From positions 1,364,001 to 1,428,000 of the forward strand of contig NC_135916.1 of the NCBI RefSeq assembly GCF_964194155.1: a DNA stretch of 64,000 bases, given 5' to 3'. Shown here one piece after another: positions 41,551 to 55,102 of the stretch. The DNA comes from Cetorhinus maximus. Taxonomy: Eukaryota. The position numbers were made by a program, and so were the translations under genes. The notes below the pieces were generated by a model. It ran no database searches, was not told where the DNA came from, and was given only the letters and a program-made list of their open reading frames with translations. Each line of letters opens with the position of its first letter. Within the stretch, counting starts at the first letter, position 1.

Positions 41551-43457
41551 CTGAATTAAACGTCACCGAACAAACGTCATTTGCTCCTCCCCTCAGAAAA
41601 TGCTCTCCAGCTTGAGCATCACAATGGGTCTGTGTGGAACGGGCAGAGTTTCAGGCAGGTGGACGATTCCTGTATGAAGCTCAAACTGATATCGTTCCCT
41701 GCAGCATCTTTGCTGTTCATTCACCGGTTTAGCAAATCAATCCGCCCAGTGAATCTATGTCACAAAAAAAACATAAAATGCTGGAAAAACTCAGCAGATC
41801 TGACTACATCTGTGCAGAGGAAGAATGTCTCTCCCCGCTCCACCCCCTTGAGGTTTTCCTGCATTTTTTGGTTTTGTTTCCTCCTCCTCTTTTACCCTGT
41901 CCGCTGTTTAGCCTGAAGATTCTATAGACCGGAATGTTGTGCTGCCAATCCTGCCTTTCCCTCAACCAATGATGGCTTCTATATCACAATTCCTCGTGGC
42001 AATCCTCACCCTTAACTTATCCGTTTTACCTTCAATACGCCTGGCACTAAAGTTGAGGCCATCCAACCTTGCCTTACTTCATTGAAGATTATTGCAGCTG
42101 TACTTCCTCTGTCTTGATTGTTTTACTGGATTATGATGTGTCCCTATTCTTCTAACATTCTGTGTCCCCACCACCTCCCGAATTATTTAAACCCCTCCCA
42201 GTAGCACTAGCCTATCTGTGTGTGTGCCTCTCTCTCTCTCTGCCTCTCTATCCCAATCTCTATCTCTCTTTCACTCACTATTGCTCCCTCTCGTCCTTTC
42301 TCTCTTGCTCCCTTTCGCCCCCCACCCCGATCTCTCTACTTCTGGTGCTGTGAATGTTACTGAAGCTGTGATCCGTCCTCCATTGATATGCGTGACACCG
42401 TTAGTGTTCATCCTCTCTCAGAAATTCAGCTCTGACATTTCATTTGATTATCTCTAATAAAAAATCGAAGTATGTTTTGAAAATCTCTGTTACTGCCAGG
42501 AATGTAACAATCCGCGAATGCGCGTTAACATATAACTGGACCGCTCTGGTTGTTGAGGTAGGGGTACATTGCAAACTGTGAAATTGTGACCTGTCAGTTC
42601 AGGTGGAGCAACATAAACAGGGAGTTCTGGAGGGACCGGGAACAGATAATTTATATTGTCCCCTGGAATAAACATCTTGATGTGGGCTATTCAGATAATA
42701 GCCTGAAATCACATATGATTGGTTCCTCCACGGAATCTGCGAATCAGACAGTCTGCGGCTCCCATGTCTCAGAGTGTTAGATGTTTTTTCTGAATTTACA
42801 ATATGCAGCAAATTAATAGAAAGACAAGCAAAGTTCGAAAAGAGGGGCAATTCTCTCCTGAGACCCTTACATTTGATACTAGTTTCAGCCTGTGAAGGTG
42901 CAGATGTGAACATTGTGTAAGGGAGCGTTGGAAGTGGGCGGGCGAGTCAGAGGAACGAAACTGTGTTTGTGTGTCCGTTCTGATCATGAGGTTTCCGAGT
43001 GCCGCTTGCGTAAAATAAAAATATTTCCCATTCAAAAATTCCCCCTGTTCCCCAGCTTAACCCCGAAGTGAGATTTCAAGATCATTTCTGTGTTGTTTTC
43101 TAGATTTCAGTCCAAAACAAGAGGACATGTCAGCGATAGAGTGAAGGAGCCGCAGTAAATCAGGTTTAAATCGAAACTGGAGCCTTCAATTCGCGTGACA
43201 TCTTTTCGACAGCAAACATTACAATGTTAGAGATAAGAAGGATTTAGTCTGGGACACTGGAGAGCCGGAATTTCCATGGAATTGGGGAGTTTGTGAGGAG
43301 AGAAAAACACAGAGAGGCAGCAGCAGCCTGGAGCTGACAGCAGCCTGTCTCCGCCCCGTCCGCTCGCTGCCTTTAAGTTGCTCAGTTCCGCCACCAGCGG
43401 CTTCATTTCTGAGCCCGTTCACATTGACAGAGACACTTTTGTGCAGAGTCCCGGAAC

Positions 43458-44129
43458 ATGACCGATACTGCAGCCGCCGAAACGGCTCCTCCAGCCGCTC
43501 CCGCCGCCCAGGTCAAGACTCCCAAGAAGAAGAAGAAGGCGGCTCCCAGGAGCAGTGCAGCCGGTCCCAAGCTGGGCGAGCAGATCCTCAAGGTTGTGGC
43601 GGATTGCAGCGATCGCAAGGGGATGTCGCTGCCCGCGATCAAGAAGGCGCTGCGCGGCAATGGGGTGGATGTGGAGAAACTCGGCTCCCAGATCAAGCAA
43701 AGCATCAAGAGGAATGTGAAGAATGGCTTGCTGGTTCAGGTCAAGGGCACGGGCGCCTCGGGCTCCTTCAAAGTCCCTAAGAACACAACCCCAGGGAAAG
43801 TGGGAAAGAAGGCGAAGGCAGCAGTTGGCAAGAAATCTCCAGTGAAGAAAGCTGCAGCCAAGAAGGTGACAGCAAAGAAAGCAGCGGCCAAGAAAACTCC
43901 AGTCAAGAAAGCAGCGGCCAAGAAATCCCCGGCCAAGAAATCCCCGGCCAAGAAAGCAACGGCCAAGAAATCCCCAGCGAAGAAAACAGCGGCCAAGAAA
44001 ACAGCCAAGAAGGCGGCAACTCCCAAAAAGCCGGTGAAGAAAGCAGCCCCCAAGAAAAAGTCTCCGGCCAAGAAGTTGACGGGCGTCAAAAAAGTGGCGA
44101 TAGGGAGGGCCAAGCCCAAAGGGAGATAA
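43458..44129 (+). CDS. H1: linker histone H1
   Basis: 223 aa; paralogue of 14630-15286 with a 5-aa longer tail; AAACACA box upstream. Confidence 0.97.
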   Translation: MTDTAAAETAPPAAPAAQVKTPKKKKKAAPRSSAAGPKLGEQILKVVADCSDRKGMSLPAIKKALRGNGVDVEKLGSQIKQSIKRNVKNGLLVQVKGTGASGSFKVPKNTTPGKVGKKAKAAVGKKSPVKKAAAKKVTAKKAAAKKTPVKKAAAKKSPAKKSPAKKATAKKSPAKKTAAKKTAKKAATPKKPVKKAAPKKKSPAKKLTGVKKVAIGRAKPKGR

Positions 44130-44186
44130 GCAAAGACAGCAAAGAAGGGAAAGATCCCGAGCAAATTGTAAACCTCTGAACCCAAA

Positions 44187-44227
44187 GGCTCTTTTCAGAG
44201 CCACCCACATTTCACATGAAAGAGCTG
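44187..44227 (+). terminator. histone 3' stem-loop + HDE (H1)
   Basis: GGCTCTTTTCAGAGCC ... GAAAGAGCTG. Confidence 0.95.
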
Positions 44228-44982
44228 ATCCCCTGATCATTTGATCCCTGTCTCCGCGCTGGGAGCTGATTTCAGGTGGAAATGTTTTATTTTCCAGTAA
44301 ATCCAGTATTCCCGCTGAATCACTGAAATGCGCTTCACCCGCACTTCCACTCCCTCCCCCAGCTCCGACTCTCATTCCTGCAATAACACACATCGATAAC
44401 CTTTCCGATTAGTATCCGGGGTGTGTCAGAGAGCAGTTAATGTTTATCTTCCTTTCTAAATTCAAATATTCAGGGTGGGAGTCTGCAATAGAGAAACCAG
44501 GTGTAAAGGAAACTCCTCACAGCTGACACCCAAACCCATTATTTTCTCTCATTCGGTTGGGAGATGTTGGCTAAATTTCCAATCACCCTGGGAGGGGAGA
44601 TGTGGGTGGGGATGAAATTGGAGCTGGGGTTGAAATCGAAGCAGAAATTGACTCGTATGGAAAGTTTATTGTTGAGGCGGAAATGAGACGGACAAGACGA
44701 TGTTTAATAGATTCGAGTTGCTAATTAGCTGCTTCATGATATTCAAGTGTGTAAGTTCTGTTCAAAGCGTCTGTTCACTTCCCTTTAGAATTGGACAAAA
44801 TACAATTCTGTTTCTGGCAGGCAGGAGGAGGAGCTGGTTTACCAAAGACGTTGTTCTGTCTGTCACTCAGTCTCTCCCGCCCCGCGTGTCTCTCTCTCTC
44901 CCTTCCTCAGTCAGGTCGGGGCGGGCTGTATAAAAGCGGAACGTGAAGCAGCTCCCCTCTCATTCAGCAGCGATTTGACTGA

Positions 44983-45303
<321 letters not shown>

Positions 45304-45336
45304 ACAAATCGACCTGACTCTGTAACAAAACCCAAA

Positions 45337-45378
45337 GGCTCTTCTAAGAGCCGCCCACAACCTCACATTGAGAGCATT
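45337..45378 (+). terminator. histone 3' stem-loop + HDE (H4)
   Basis: GGCTCTTCTAAGAGCC. Confidence 0.92.
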
Positions 45379-45542
45379 GACCTCAGATCGGTAGAGGGAA
45401 TCTAGTTCTATAAATACACAGCTTTGCCATCAGTGAATTTTCCATTCACAATATAATCGTCAGTCAAACAAGTTTCATGGAATAATTTAGATCGGTTTTC
45501 AGGATTTCGCTTCCCAGCTGAGGAACACGACAGATTCCAAAA

Positions 45543-45610
45543 TTACCCCGAGAACCACAAAGGCTCTTTTAAGAGCCACCAAGTCGGTCAGAGAAAGAGC
45601 TGCGATCTCT
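45543..45610 (+). pseudogene. orphan H3 3' end (stem-loop + HDE); CDS deleted
   Basis: Matches the H3 3' UTR at 21440-21507; stem-loop 45562-45577. Confidence 0.9.
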
Positions 45611-45959
45611 TGTTAAAAACTCCAGCACCTAAAACCCTCAAACCTACAATTTATTTTCTTTCCTTTTGATTACCCGGTTCCCTCCTTCTGCTGCATTTGG
45701 GGTTATGAGGTGATTCCGTTTATATTTGTTTGTAATTTTACATCATTTAGTTGGAAATGGGATGAGTTAATTATTCAAAGAACATTTCCCTGAACATTGG
45801 CAATTGGTCATATATAGATGCAGCACAGACTCCTCATGTCTGGAAAAGGCAACAGCACCAGCGTCTCGTTGTAAGCAGCGCTTTCACAGATCGCATTAGA
45901 AATATAAAGTCATTCCGAATCGATAGGGATGTTATCGTACATACGGATAGACAATAGGT

Positions 45960-46000
45960 CGCCCCTTTCACTGATCAAGTGAGTGGCTCTGAAAAGAGCC
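45960..46000 (-). terminator. histone 3' stem-loop + HDE (H2A)
   Basis: Minus strand GGCTCTTTTCAGAGCC at 45985-46000. Confidence 0.93.
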
Positions 46001-46030
46001 TTTGGGTTCTCAGTTTAAAGAATAGTCGCT

Positions 46031-46474
<444 letters not shown>

Positions 46475-46749
46475 TCAGTTCCCTTATACCCTCAGGAGGA
46501 ATGGTGGTGCGCTCAGAGCTGATTGGTCAATTATATTATAGCTCATAATATTCTTCATATTACCAATCAGATTTCTGCCTGACTCACCAATGCGGGCAAG
46601 CAACGTATGAAGTCGGAAGTTAAGGGCGCCAAATCATCAGTTAAACAAACGATTATATATTTCAAACTGGAAAAGTCCGCCAAAAAATTAATCAAAGGAA
46701 ACATCGCACAGAAATCGTCTTAGCTAAACAAAGGACAATTCCTTTACAA

Positions 46750-46809
46750 ATGGATGTGGTGTACGCTCTGAAACGCCAGGGCCGCACTCTCTATGGATTC
46801 GGCGGCTGA
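46750..46809 (+). pseudogene. H4: 5'-truncated H4 (codons 85-103); intact small [22 protein letters not shown]
   Basis: Identical to the last 60 nt of the H4 CDS; stem-loop at 46843-46858. Confidence 0.9.
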
Positions 46810-47914
46810 ACAAATCGACCCGACTCTATAACAAAACCCAAAGGCTCTTCTAAGAGCCGCCCACAACCTCACATTGAGAGCAGTGACCTTCGAGCGGGAG
46901 AGGGAAAGCGAGATGTAGTTTTATATAAACACAGCGTTTCCATCTGCGCATTCTCCATTCACAAAACTATCGTGAGTCACACAAGGTTTCATGGTTTAAT
47001 TTAGTTCGGTTTTCAGGAATTCACTTCCTTTCTTCCTCTCGAAGCTCAACTCCAAGCTTAGCTGACAGCTCCCAAACTAACACCGAGTCCACAAGATAAA
47101 GGCCATCATTTATTATAATATGATCAGGAGGAGCTATTTTGAGACACAACATTCTCGCTTCTTCGCACTATTTTCACCCTGTCTTTTTTTCATTACAAAC
47201 TGAATCAAACAGATATGACATACATAACATGAGTTCCTGAGTCTCATTCACAAAGACTTTGGCGGAGTTGCAGACTGAAGGCTACACCTTAGTTCACACA
47301 AAACCAATGAATGAAACCTGTCTTTGATAAATGCAAAGTTTCATGTTTAAATGTGCATCAGAGCCGGGAAACAGTAATGGTTTAATTTCTTGCAGAAAAT
47401 CGCCGTTAAATTTAACCCAGTCAGTTCCAAACTATTAAAAGATAGGCCTCCCTTATTGTACTATATCATATTTAATTGCAAGTACCACACTCGCTTTTAA
47501 AATCAGGAATCCATTCGTGTTTAAACTCGGACCTTTTTACAGTCCTAACAGCCGGCGGAATTTCACGTTTACCGAATGCTGCGGTTAAGCAATATCGGCC
47601 TGAATGTACAAGTGTGATATTATTTTAAAAATAATAAAATTATATTATAATATTGTATCCAGATTGCAGGTTATTAATTCACTCCAATTTGAAGTGGTTC
47701 CGAATGAGTATTTATCTTGTTGCACGACTCGTGTTCGGTCTGCAGATGGAGCCAGGTCACAATAACTTGCACCTTATCGTTTCTGAACACACGTCGAGAA
47801 GCAACGGGCCTGATGCTGCTCTTGGAACTTGCCGAGCTCGCCTCCCGCCCCCCGTTAAAGAGGCAATGGTAGTGGCAAACTCACCGCCCTCCATACTGAT
47901 CGGAACAAGCTGTT

Positions 47915-50900
47915 ATATTCTGCACTTGCTGTTTTCTGCAATGGGATACTGACTTTAGCTCTGAACCTCTCCGTCACTGCAATTCATTTATGCATTTTAT
48001 TCTATAGCTGTCAGGGCCTGGAAGTGACTGTGAGGTGGACTTTGCTTCTGCTGCCATCAGCTTTTGACAAGCTGTAAAAATGTTAGATTCATTCCGTGTG
48101 TATCAGTCTCTGGTGCTACACACGAAAGGTGTTATCCTTCAGCATGTGTCAGTTTGTGGTACTGTGTATGACTGCAGGATTAATACTCTAAATGTCATTT
48201 TTGTCAACCTTGCGGTGTAGAATTCATTTCGTTTCACAATTTTTGTTTAGGAATGAGAAATTGTGTATTTCATTATGTCCTGTCGCTATCCGTGTACTGT
48301 GATCGAGCTAATTTTGCACTAAGCAGTAATCTTGTATTATAGGTGGATTTAATTGTACCTCCGTGTATCGCTAAGTATCTCTTATGTAGTCACGAGTGGG
48401 ATTAATTCTATGCCCTGGTGCAATCAGTGAGAGTGAATTGCATCTGAATCTGTCAATATCTGGAAATAAATGTGAGGTTCAAAGAGATACTGATTGATTC
48501 AACAACTTTGAGTGAGAGTTGTTTTGTGTTCGACAATCTGTGGCATGTTATGTGACTGTGGGTTTCCTGTGTCTTTTTGACTGTTTTNNNNNNNNNNNNN
48601 NNNNNNNNNNNNNNNNNNNNNNNNNNNNNNNNNNNNNNNNNNNNNNNNNNNNNNNNNNNNNNNNNNNNNNNNNNNNNNNNNNNNNNNNNNNNNNNNNNNN
48701 NNNNNNNNNNNNNNNNNNNNNNNNNNNNNNNNNNNNNNNNNNNNNNNNNNNNNNNTGTGTGGCTCTATCACTGCATTTAATTTTCTGCTACTCTGTTTGT
48801 GATTGGATTAATGCTTTGTTTGTCCTGGGTGTGCCTGTGTTTAAGTTTTTGTGTGCGTGTGTTTGTATATGTATGCAAGAAATCTTGTGCGCATGTGTGT
48901 TTATGTATGTGTGTGTGAGTTTGCTTTGCATGTGTATCTGTGTGTGTTAGAGCATGAGTCTGCGAGTGTGTGAGTGTTTGTGTGGGAGTGTGCAGGGCTC
49001 ATTTCCCATTTGTCTTCGTCCGGTACAGGATGTAGTTTTGGAATTAATTTACATGAAATTTAAGTGTCAATCCTGTGAACGTCACCTATGGTGGAATTAA
49101 TTCCCTATATCTCAGTGATTGTACCGATCGTGTATCTCAAATTTGTGCTCTGTGTATATTTTTCCTTTATTGTACATGTGTAGCTTTCTCCTGTACCTAA
49201 TATGTATCCCATGCGTGTGTGTGAAATCTATTTCTTCAATGCGTTAATCTATTACTGTTTCCCGGCTCTGTTGCAGATTTAGACATGAAACTTTGCATTT
49301 ATCAAAGACAGGTTTTACTCATTTGTTTTGTTTGAACTAAGGTATAGCATTCAGGCTGCAACTCGGCAAAAGCCTTTGTGAATGATAATGAGACCCTTGA
49401 AATAACATGCAGTGTATGTCATATCTGATTGGTTCAGTTTGTAACGATTTTACGTTATGAATCATAGTGAGCATATTGACCTGGAACGTGTTGTGTATTC
49501 ATGCTGTACTAATAAAAATTACACTTTCTCCTTATTTCAGATATGGCATGAGATATTTTGAGGGGAATTTAACGTGCCCCCAGACTCTTGGTCTTTGGAA
49601 GGGGCTGTTATGTTTTAATTATCAACTTACTTATTTTGATGCATTTTCACATGTGATTTTACTGTAGCTGTCAACATCTGATCTCTCTGTACCCAATCTC
49701 TTCCTATTTTCAAAAGTCGGTTATGGAAAAATTGATTTTATTCTGCACCACTCCATCTCTGGTATGTGTCTGTGGTTTTATAATGTGGGTGTCTGCCCCT
49801 GTTACGAGAATCCAGCTTTCTTCCGTATCTGTCAGTACCCCCTATGAGAGTGGTGATATGTTATTGACTGTACTTGTCAATATCGGCTTTATGATTCCAG
49901 CAGCGCCCCGAAGCCGAATTTTACATTGGGAACACATGAACGATCGTCCTGATTTATCTCTATTTAATCGTTAGCAGTGGCCTCCTTCTGTGCAGGGACT
50001 AGTTCTCTGATTTGCATGGACACTATGGTCAATAAGCATCCAGTGCAACAGGCAGTTATCAAACTATGGTCAACTGCTAGTAAGGCAGGTATGTTAATCC
50101 CTGTCTGACCATCAGACTCTATCCTAAGCTACACCATCTGCATGTAGGAACACATCACACTATAGAGATTTGAATTTGATTTTGTCACTTCCCTGTTACA
50201 TCAACTAATTTAAAGTGCTTCTGCTGCGTACGTATGTTGTTGCACGGCTCACCTTCTGTCAGGAGATGGCAGCAGTTCACTATAACTTGGATCTGGCCCT
50301 TTCTGATCAAACATCTAGAAAACAATAGGCCTGACGCTGCTCTTGAACCTGGCCAAGCTCACCTGGTTAAAAAGACTACGACAGGGGTCAAATACTTCCG
50401 CTCCATACAGATCGACACAATGTGTTTTGTCTGCACTTGATGGTTTTCGCAATGCAATATTCACCCTAACTGGGTACATCTCGGTCACTGGGATTCATGT
50501 ATGTGTTTTATTTCATACCTGTTGTTTTCAAGCAAGGAAGTGAGATATTGTTCTGTAATTGACGGTCTTTGAGTCTCATTTCACAGCACGTGTTTACTGT
50601 TGCTGTGTGAGTGCGCTTTTTATTCAATACTTGTCAGATATTTTGACATAAGAGACTGTGTCTTATTCGTTCCCTACCAGTTTTTTGACATTGAGTGTAA
50701 GTTCTATACAGCTGTGTGCTTATTCAGGTACGTGAATTAGATTGCCCACCAACAGCTCCCCACCCACCCCCAAACCCCGACCCACCTGTATCTATAGGTC
50801 TCCGGCGTGTGTAAAAATGACTTTGCCACGATCTCTGTCAGTTCCTGGTAAATGGGTGCCGGTGTGAGACTGCCCCTGTGAATTTCTGGTGTGTGAGCAT

Positions 50901-51545
50901 TGATTTTATTACATAGAATTTCGTTGCTTGGAAGTGATTGGCGCTTTTCTTTTCTCTCCCCCTCTATTCGTCAGTGTGTAGCATGAGAATGTGAGTTTTT
51001 ATTCTGCATCTGTCAATAACTGACATGTGAGTGTGGGTTTCTCTTGGCATTTGTCAATGTTTGGAATGTGTGTGGTGTGTGAAGGTGAATATTACATTGG
51101 GTTATTCAGTGTCAAATCGGTCATCGTGTGTTTGAGTCTACCTCTCAGTTTCTGACATTTAAATGTGAAAATACCTTAAAATTATCAGTTCTTTTGTATG
51201 TCAACTATATTCTGTACCTATTCATCTATTTTAGGCCAATCTAAGATTTACTCATTCTCTCAGTAATGTTATGTGGTTATGTAATCTCTGTTATGACTGA
51301 ATGGACTTTTCTCTCTATCTGTCAATTATTAATGTATGAAAGTGCCAGTTGATCAGTCCACATCAGTTTCGGTCATCGATGTATTGCTTCATTCTGTACC
51401 TATCCAATTTTGCATGAACGTTTTTTTTATTAACTACTTCTCACATGATAGTCTTCGATTTAAACTGTATCTGTGAGTCTCTGGTGTGTAATTCTGGGTT
51501 TAATTTGTACCTGATTATTTCAAGTTTGTGTGTACGGTATTCATT
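47915..51545. repeat. decayed 41-bp array (duplicate of 27.6-32.3 kb)
   Basis: Colinear with the first copy, with a deletion near 49577. Confidence 0.7.
48588..48755. other. assembly gap at a (TG)n microsatellite
   Basis: Run of N, positionally equivalent to 28240-28345. Confidence 0.98.
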
Positions 51546-51571
51546 CCAACAGAAGAATAGATATGAAAGTG

Positions 51572-53080
51572 ACTCCATGGGGTACCGCAGGGATCAGTGT
51601 TTCGGCCTCAGCTGTTCACAATATATTACCATAATTTGCATGAGGAAACCAGAAGTATTATTTCCAAGTTTGCTGACGACATGAAACTTGGTGGGGATGT
51701 GAGTGGTGGGGAGGGTGTCACGTGGATTCAAGGCCATTTAGACAAGTTGATTGAGTGGGCAAATATATGGCAGATGCTTTAAAACATCGATTATGAACAT
51801 AAGAACAGAAGAAATAGGAACAGGAGAAGGCCATTTGGCCCCTCGAGCCCGCCTCATCATTCAATAATATCATGGCTGATTTCTTTGTGTTTCAATCCCC
51901 ATATTATCATCTACCCCCATAACCTTTGATTCCCTTGCCTATTAAGAATCTATCTACCTCTGCCTTAAAAGATCTCAATGACCCTGCCTCCACTACGTTC
52001 TGAGGCAGAGATTTCCAAAGTCACACAGCCCTCTGAGAGAGAAAAAAATATCCTCACCCATGTCCAAAAAGGGCGATATCTAATTTAGAAACAGTGCCCC
52101 CTATTTCAGGAAACATCCTCTTGGTATCCGCAACTTCAAGGCCACTCAGGATCTTGTATACATCAATCAATCACCCCTCACTCTTCTGAGACCCAGTGGA
52201 AACAAGCACAGTCTGTCCAACCTTTTCTTATAAGACATCCCACTCATTCTAGGTAACTATCTAGTAAAGTTCCTCTGAACCACCTCCAAGTAGTGTGAAG
52301 TTATCCACATCAGTTGAAAAGACAGCATGGGAGAGTGTTATTTACATGGTGATAGACGGGAAATGTTGAAGTAAAAAGTGAGCTGGGTACCCATGCACAA
52401 CAATCACTGAGAGCAAGCATGCAGGTGCAGGTAGCACTTAAGAAGGCAAATGATATGTTGGCCTTCATCATGACATGGTTGATTGCAGGAGCAAGGATGT
52501 CTAACTGCAGCTATACAGGGCATTGGCAAGACCACTCCTGGAGTATTGTGTGCAGTTTTGGTCTCCTTACCTAAGGGAGGATATATTTATCATAAGAGGA
52601 GTGCAGCGAAGATTCACCAGAGTGATTCCGGAGATGGCAGGATTGTCCTCTGAGGAGAGTTTGGGTCAAGTAGGCCTGTTTTCACTGGAGTTTAAAAGGA
52701 TGAGAGGGTGTCTCAATGAAAGGTGTAACATTCTGACAGGGCTGGAATGATTGGGTGCAGGGATGATGTTTCCTCTGGCTGGGGGTCTAGAACAAGGGGT
52801 CACAATCTCAGGATGCAGGGTAGATGGTATAGAACTGAGATGAGGAGAAACTTCTTCAATCAGAGGGTGGTAAACCTGTGCAATTCTCTATGATAGAACA
52901 CTGTGAAAGCCAAGTCACGGAATATATTTAAGAGCGAAATGGATTGATTTCAAGACTCCAAAGGGACAAGGCTATGATAACAGTGTGGTTGGATGGTGTT
53001 GAGATATAGGGCAGCCATGATTAAATTGAATGGCAGAGCAGGCTCAAGAGGGCAAATGACCTACTCCTGCTCCTAATTTC
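51572..53080 (+). mobile_element. decayed CR1 with nested antisense CR1 (duplicate of 32360-33880)
   Basis: SKFADDMKLGG and RPLLEYCVQFWSPY motifs. Confidence 0.88.
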
Positions 53081-53334
53081 TCTCTTTCCATGCCTGATAT
53101 GTGATAATGGATTTCAGCTGTACCAGTTAGTTAATGTTTGGGATCTGTGTATTTTGTTCTGTATTCATATCTCTGATTTGCAAGTGATATATTTTGCTCT
53201 GTTCCAGTTAATTTCTGATGAACTGAACAGTGCTTCTGGTCAGAACCTGTTGATTTCTCCGATTTGAATATGGGATTTCCTTTGTCCTTGTCAGTTTATG
53301 GCATGAAGGTTTAAATCTGCAGCTAATGCAAATT

Positions 53335-53555
53335 CCAAATACGGTGGATATTGGAAATCTCAAGAAGAAAAATCAAACATGCTGGAAATACTGAGCAGAT
53401 CTGGCAACATTTGTGGAGACAGAAACAAAATTGCAATTTTTTTGAAAACTCCGACCTGATGAAGCGTCATTGACCTGAAATGTTCAGTCTTGTTTTTTTC
53501 TCCACAGATGCTCCCAAACTCGCTGATTATTCCCCACATTTTCTTTGTTTGTCCC
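53335..53555. mobile_element. palindromic Penelope-derived element
   Basis: Inverted arms and CTGATGAAGCGTCATTGACCTGAAA. Confidence 0.55.
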
Positions 53556-55102
53556 CCATATATGTTATTTCCAGCAAGTGCATCTGGCAGTTTCTAATGG
53601 TTAATTTTGGCTTTCATTTTGACAGTTTGCAATAATTGAATGGAGATTTTGCTCTGTAACTCTCAGTTGTTACTTTGTGTGTATCTGTGTTTTCTGTACC
53701 TGCCAGTTTCGAGTATGTGAGGATTTATTTGTACTGCAAATTTTATATTGTGCCAAGTGGATGTGTATCCCTTAGCTTTTCTTCAATTACTGTGATTTTA
53801 ATTCTTTACAGTCTGTGAATTAGGATTCAACACTGTTCCCTGTTATTTGCTCGTGTGACTGTATTGTTCCCAACATACGTGTAATTGCTGCTGGCCTTTA
53901 CTATGCATATGTCAGTCTCTGTAATGTGAGTGTAGCTATTACTCTCTACTTGCTTGTGCCTGATTTGTGAGTATATGTTTGAGTTTTTTTGCCTGCTTCT
54001 GACATGGAATGTGTGTTTTACTATTAACTCTCATTTGCTAAGATGTGTGTATGTGGGTGGATCTAATCCTGTACCTGTACCTCTGTGATATATCAGCGTG
54101 ACTGTATATCCCCCCCTAACATTTCAGGGTCACATATGTGAGCATGAAAATGATCCTGTGTCCTTAGTTTATTGTAAATGAGTGAGGATTTAATCATTTA
54201 ATGTCTGTCCTCTGTATGAGAATGTAGGGTTCATTCTGTCCTTAACAGATTCTAGTACTGGATAATTGTCTTTTTTCTCTGTCTGTCTGCCTGTCATGTG
54301 TCTTGTCAGTTTTCTTGTGAACCCGTCAGGCACCGTTATTTGAGCCTGAGTCTGAGGTTGCATTTTCAATTTTATTTGAGCTCCTGACCTTTACTTCCCT
54401 GTATCCCTCCGTTTTTGGTATGTGATGAGTAGTTTTATTCAGGACCTTACACATTTGAAGTCATGTTTATGTGTGTTTTTCCTGTATCTATCAATGTCTG
54501 TTATTTGAGTAAGAGTGCTCCTCCCTTTTTAACAGTTCAGTTCTGGAAGAGTTGGTTTAATTCTGTATCACTCTGTCTTGAATGTGTTGTTGATGATACA
54601 TTATCACTCTCGGTCTCTGTTATGGAAATCCATATTTTTTGTGTTTCTAGCAGTCTCTGCTAAGTGAGAGGTGTTAATATGTTCTCTGTACTTGTCATTA
54701 TGTATTTGGTGACATAAGGTTTAATATCTTTTCGTTTTTTGAATTGCATTTTCACTAATATCTCTCATTATCCAGTATAATTTATGCATTTTAATTTCAT
54801 GCCAGTCAGTTTCTAGTATTTGAGTGTGATTTCACTCGGTATCTTTCTGTCTCTTGCATGCGTGCCTTGGTGAAACTTATTTTCAACCTGCCAGTGTCTG
54901 GTATGTTTTATATTTATATGTCAGCCATTTTTCAGTGAATGTGACTTTTATTTTGTGTGTTTTTAGTGCTTTCACTTTTATATATTTTTGTAAATTAGGT
55001 AACTGGAACAGAATCTTAACCTACAGTCAATCAGTTGTGTGTCACTATCCTGTTACATTTGACTAAGTGTCTAATGTTTACTGCACCTTCAATAGAGAAA
55101 AT

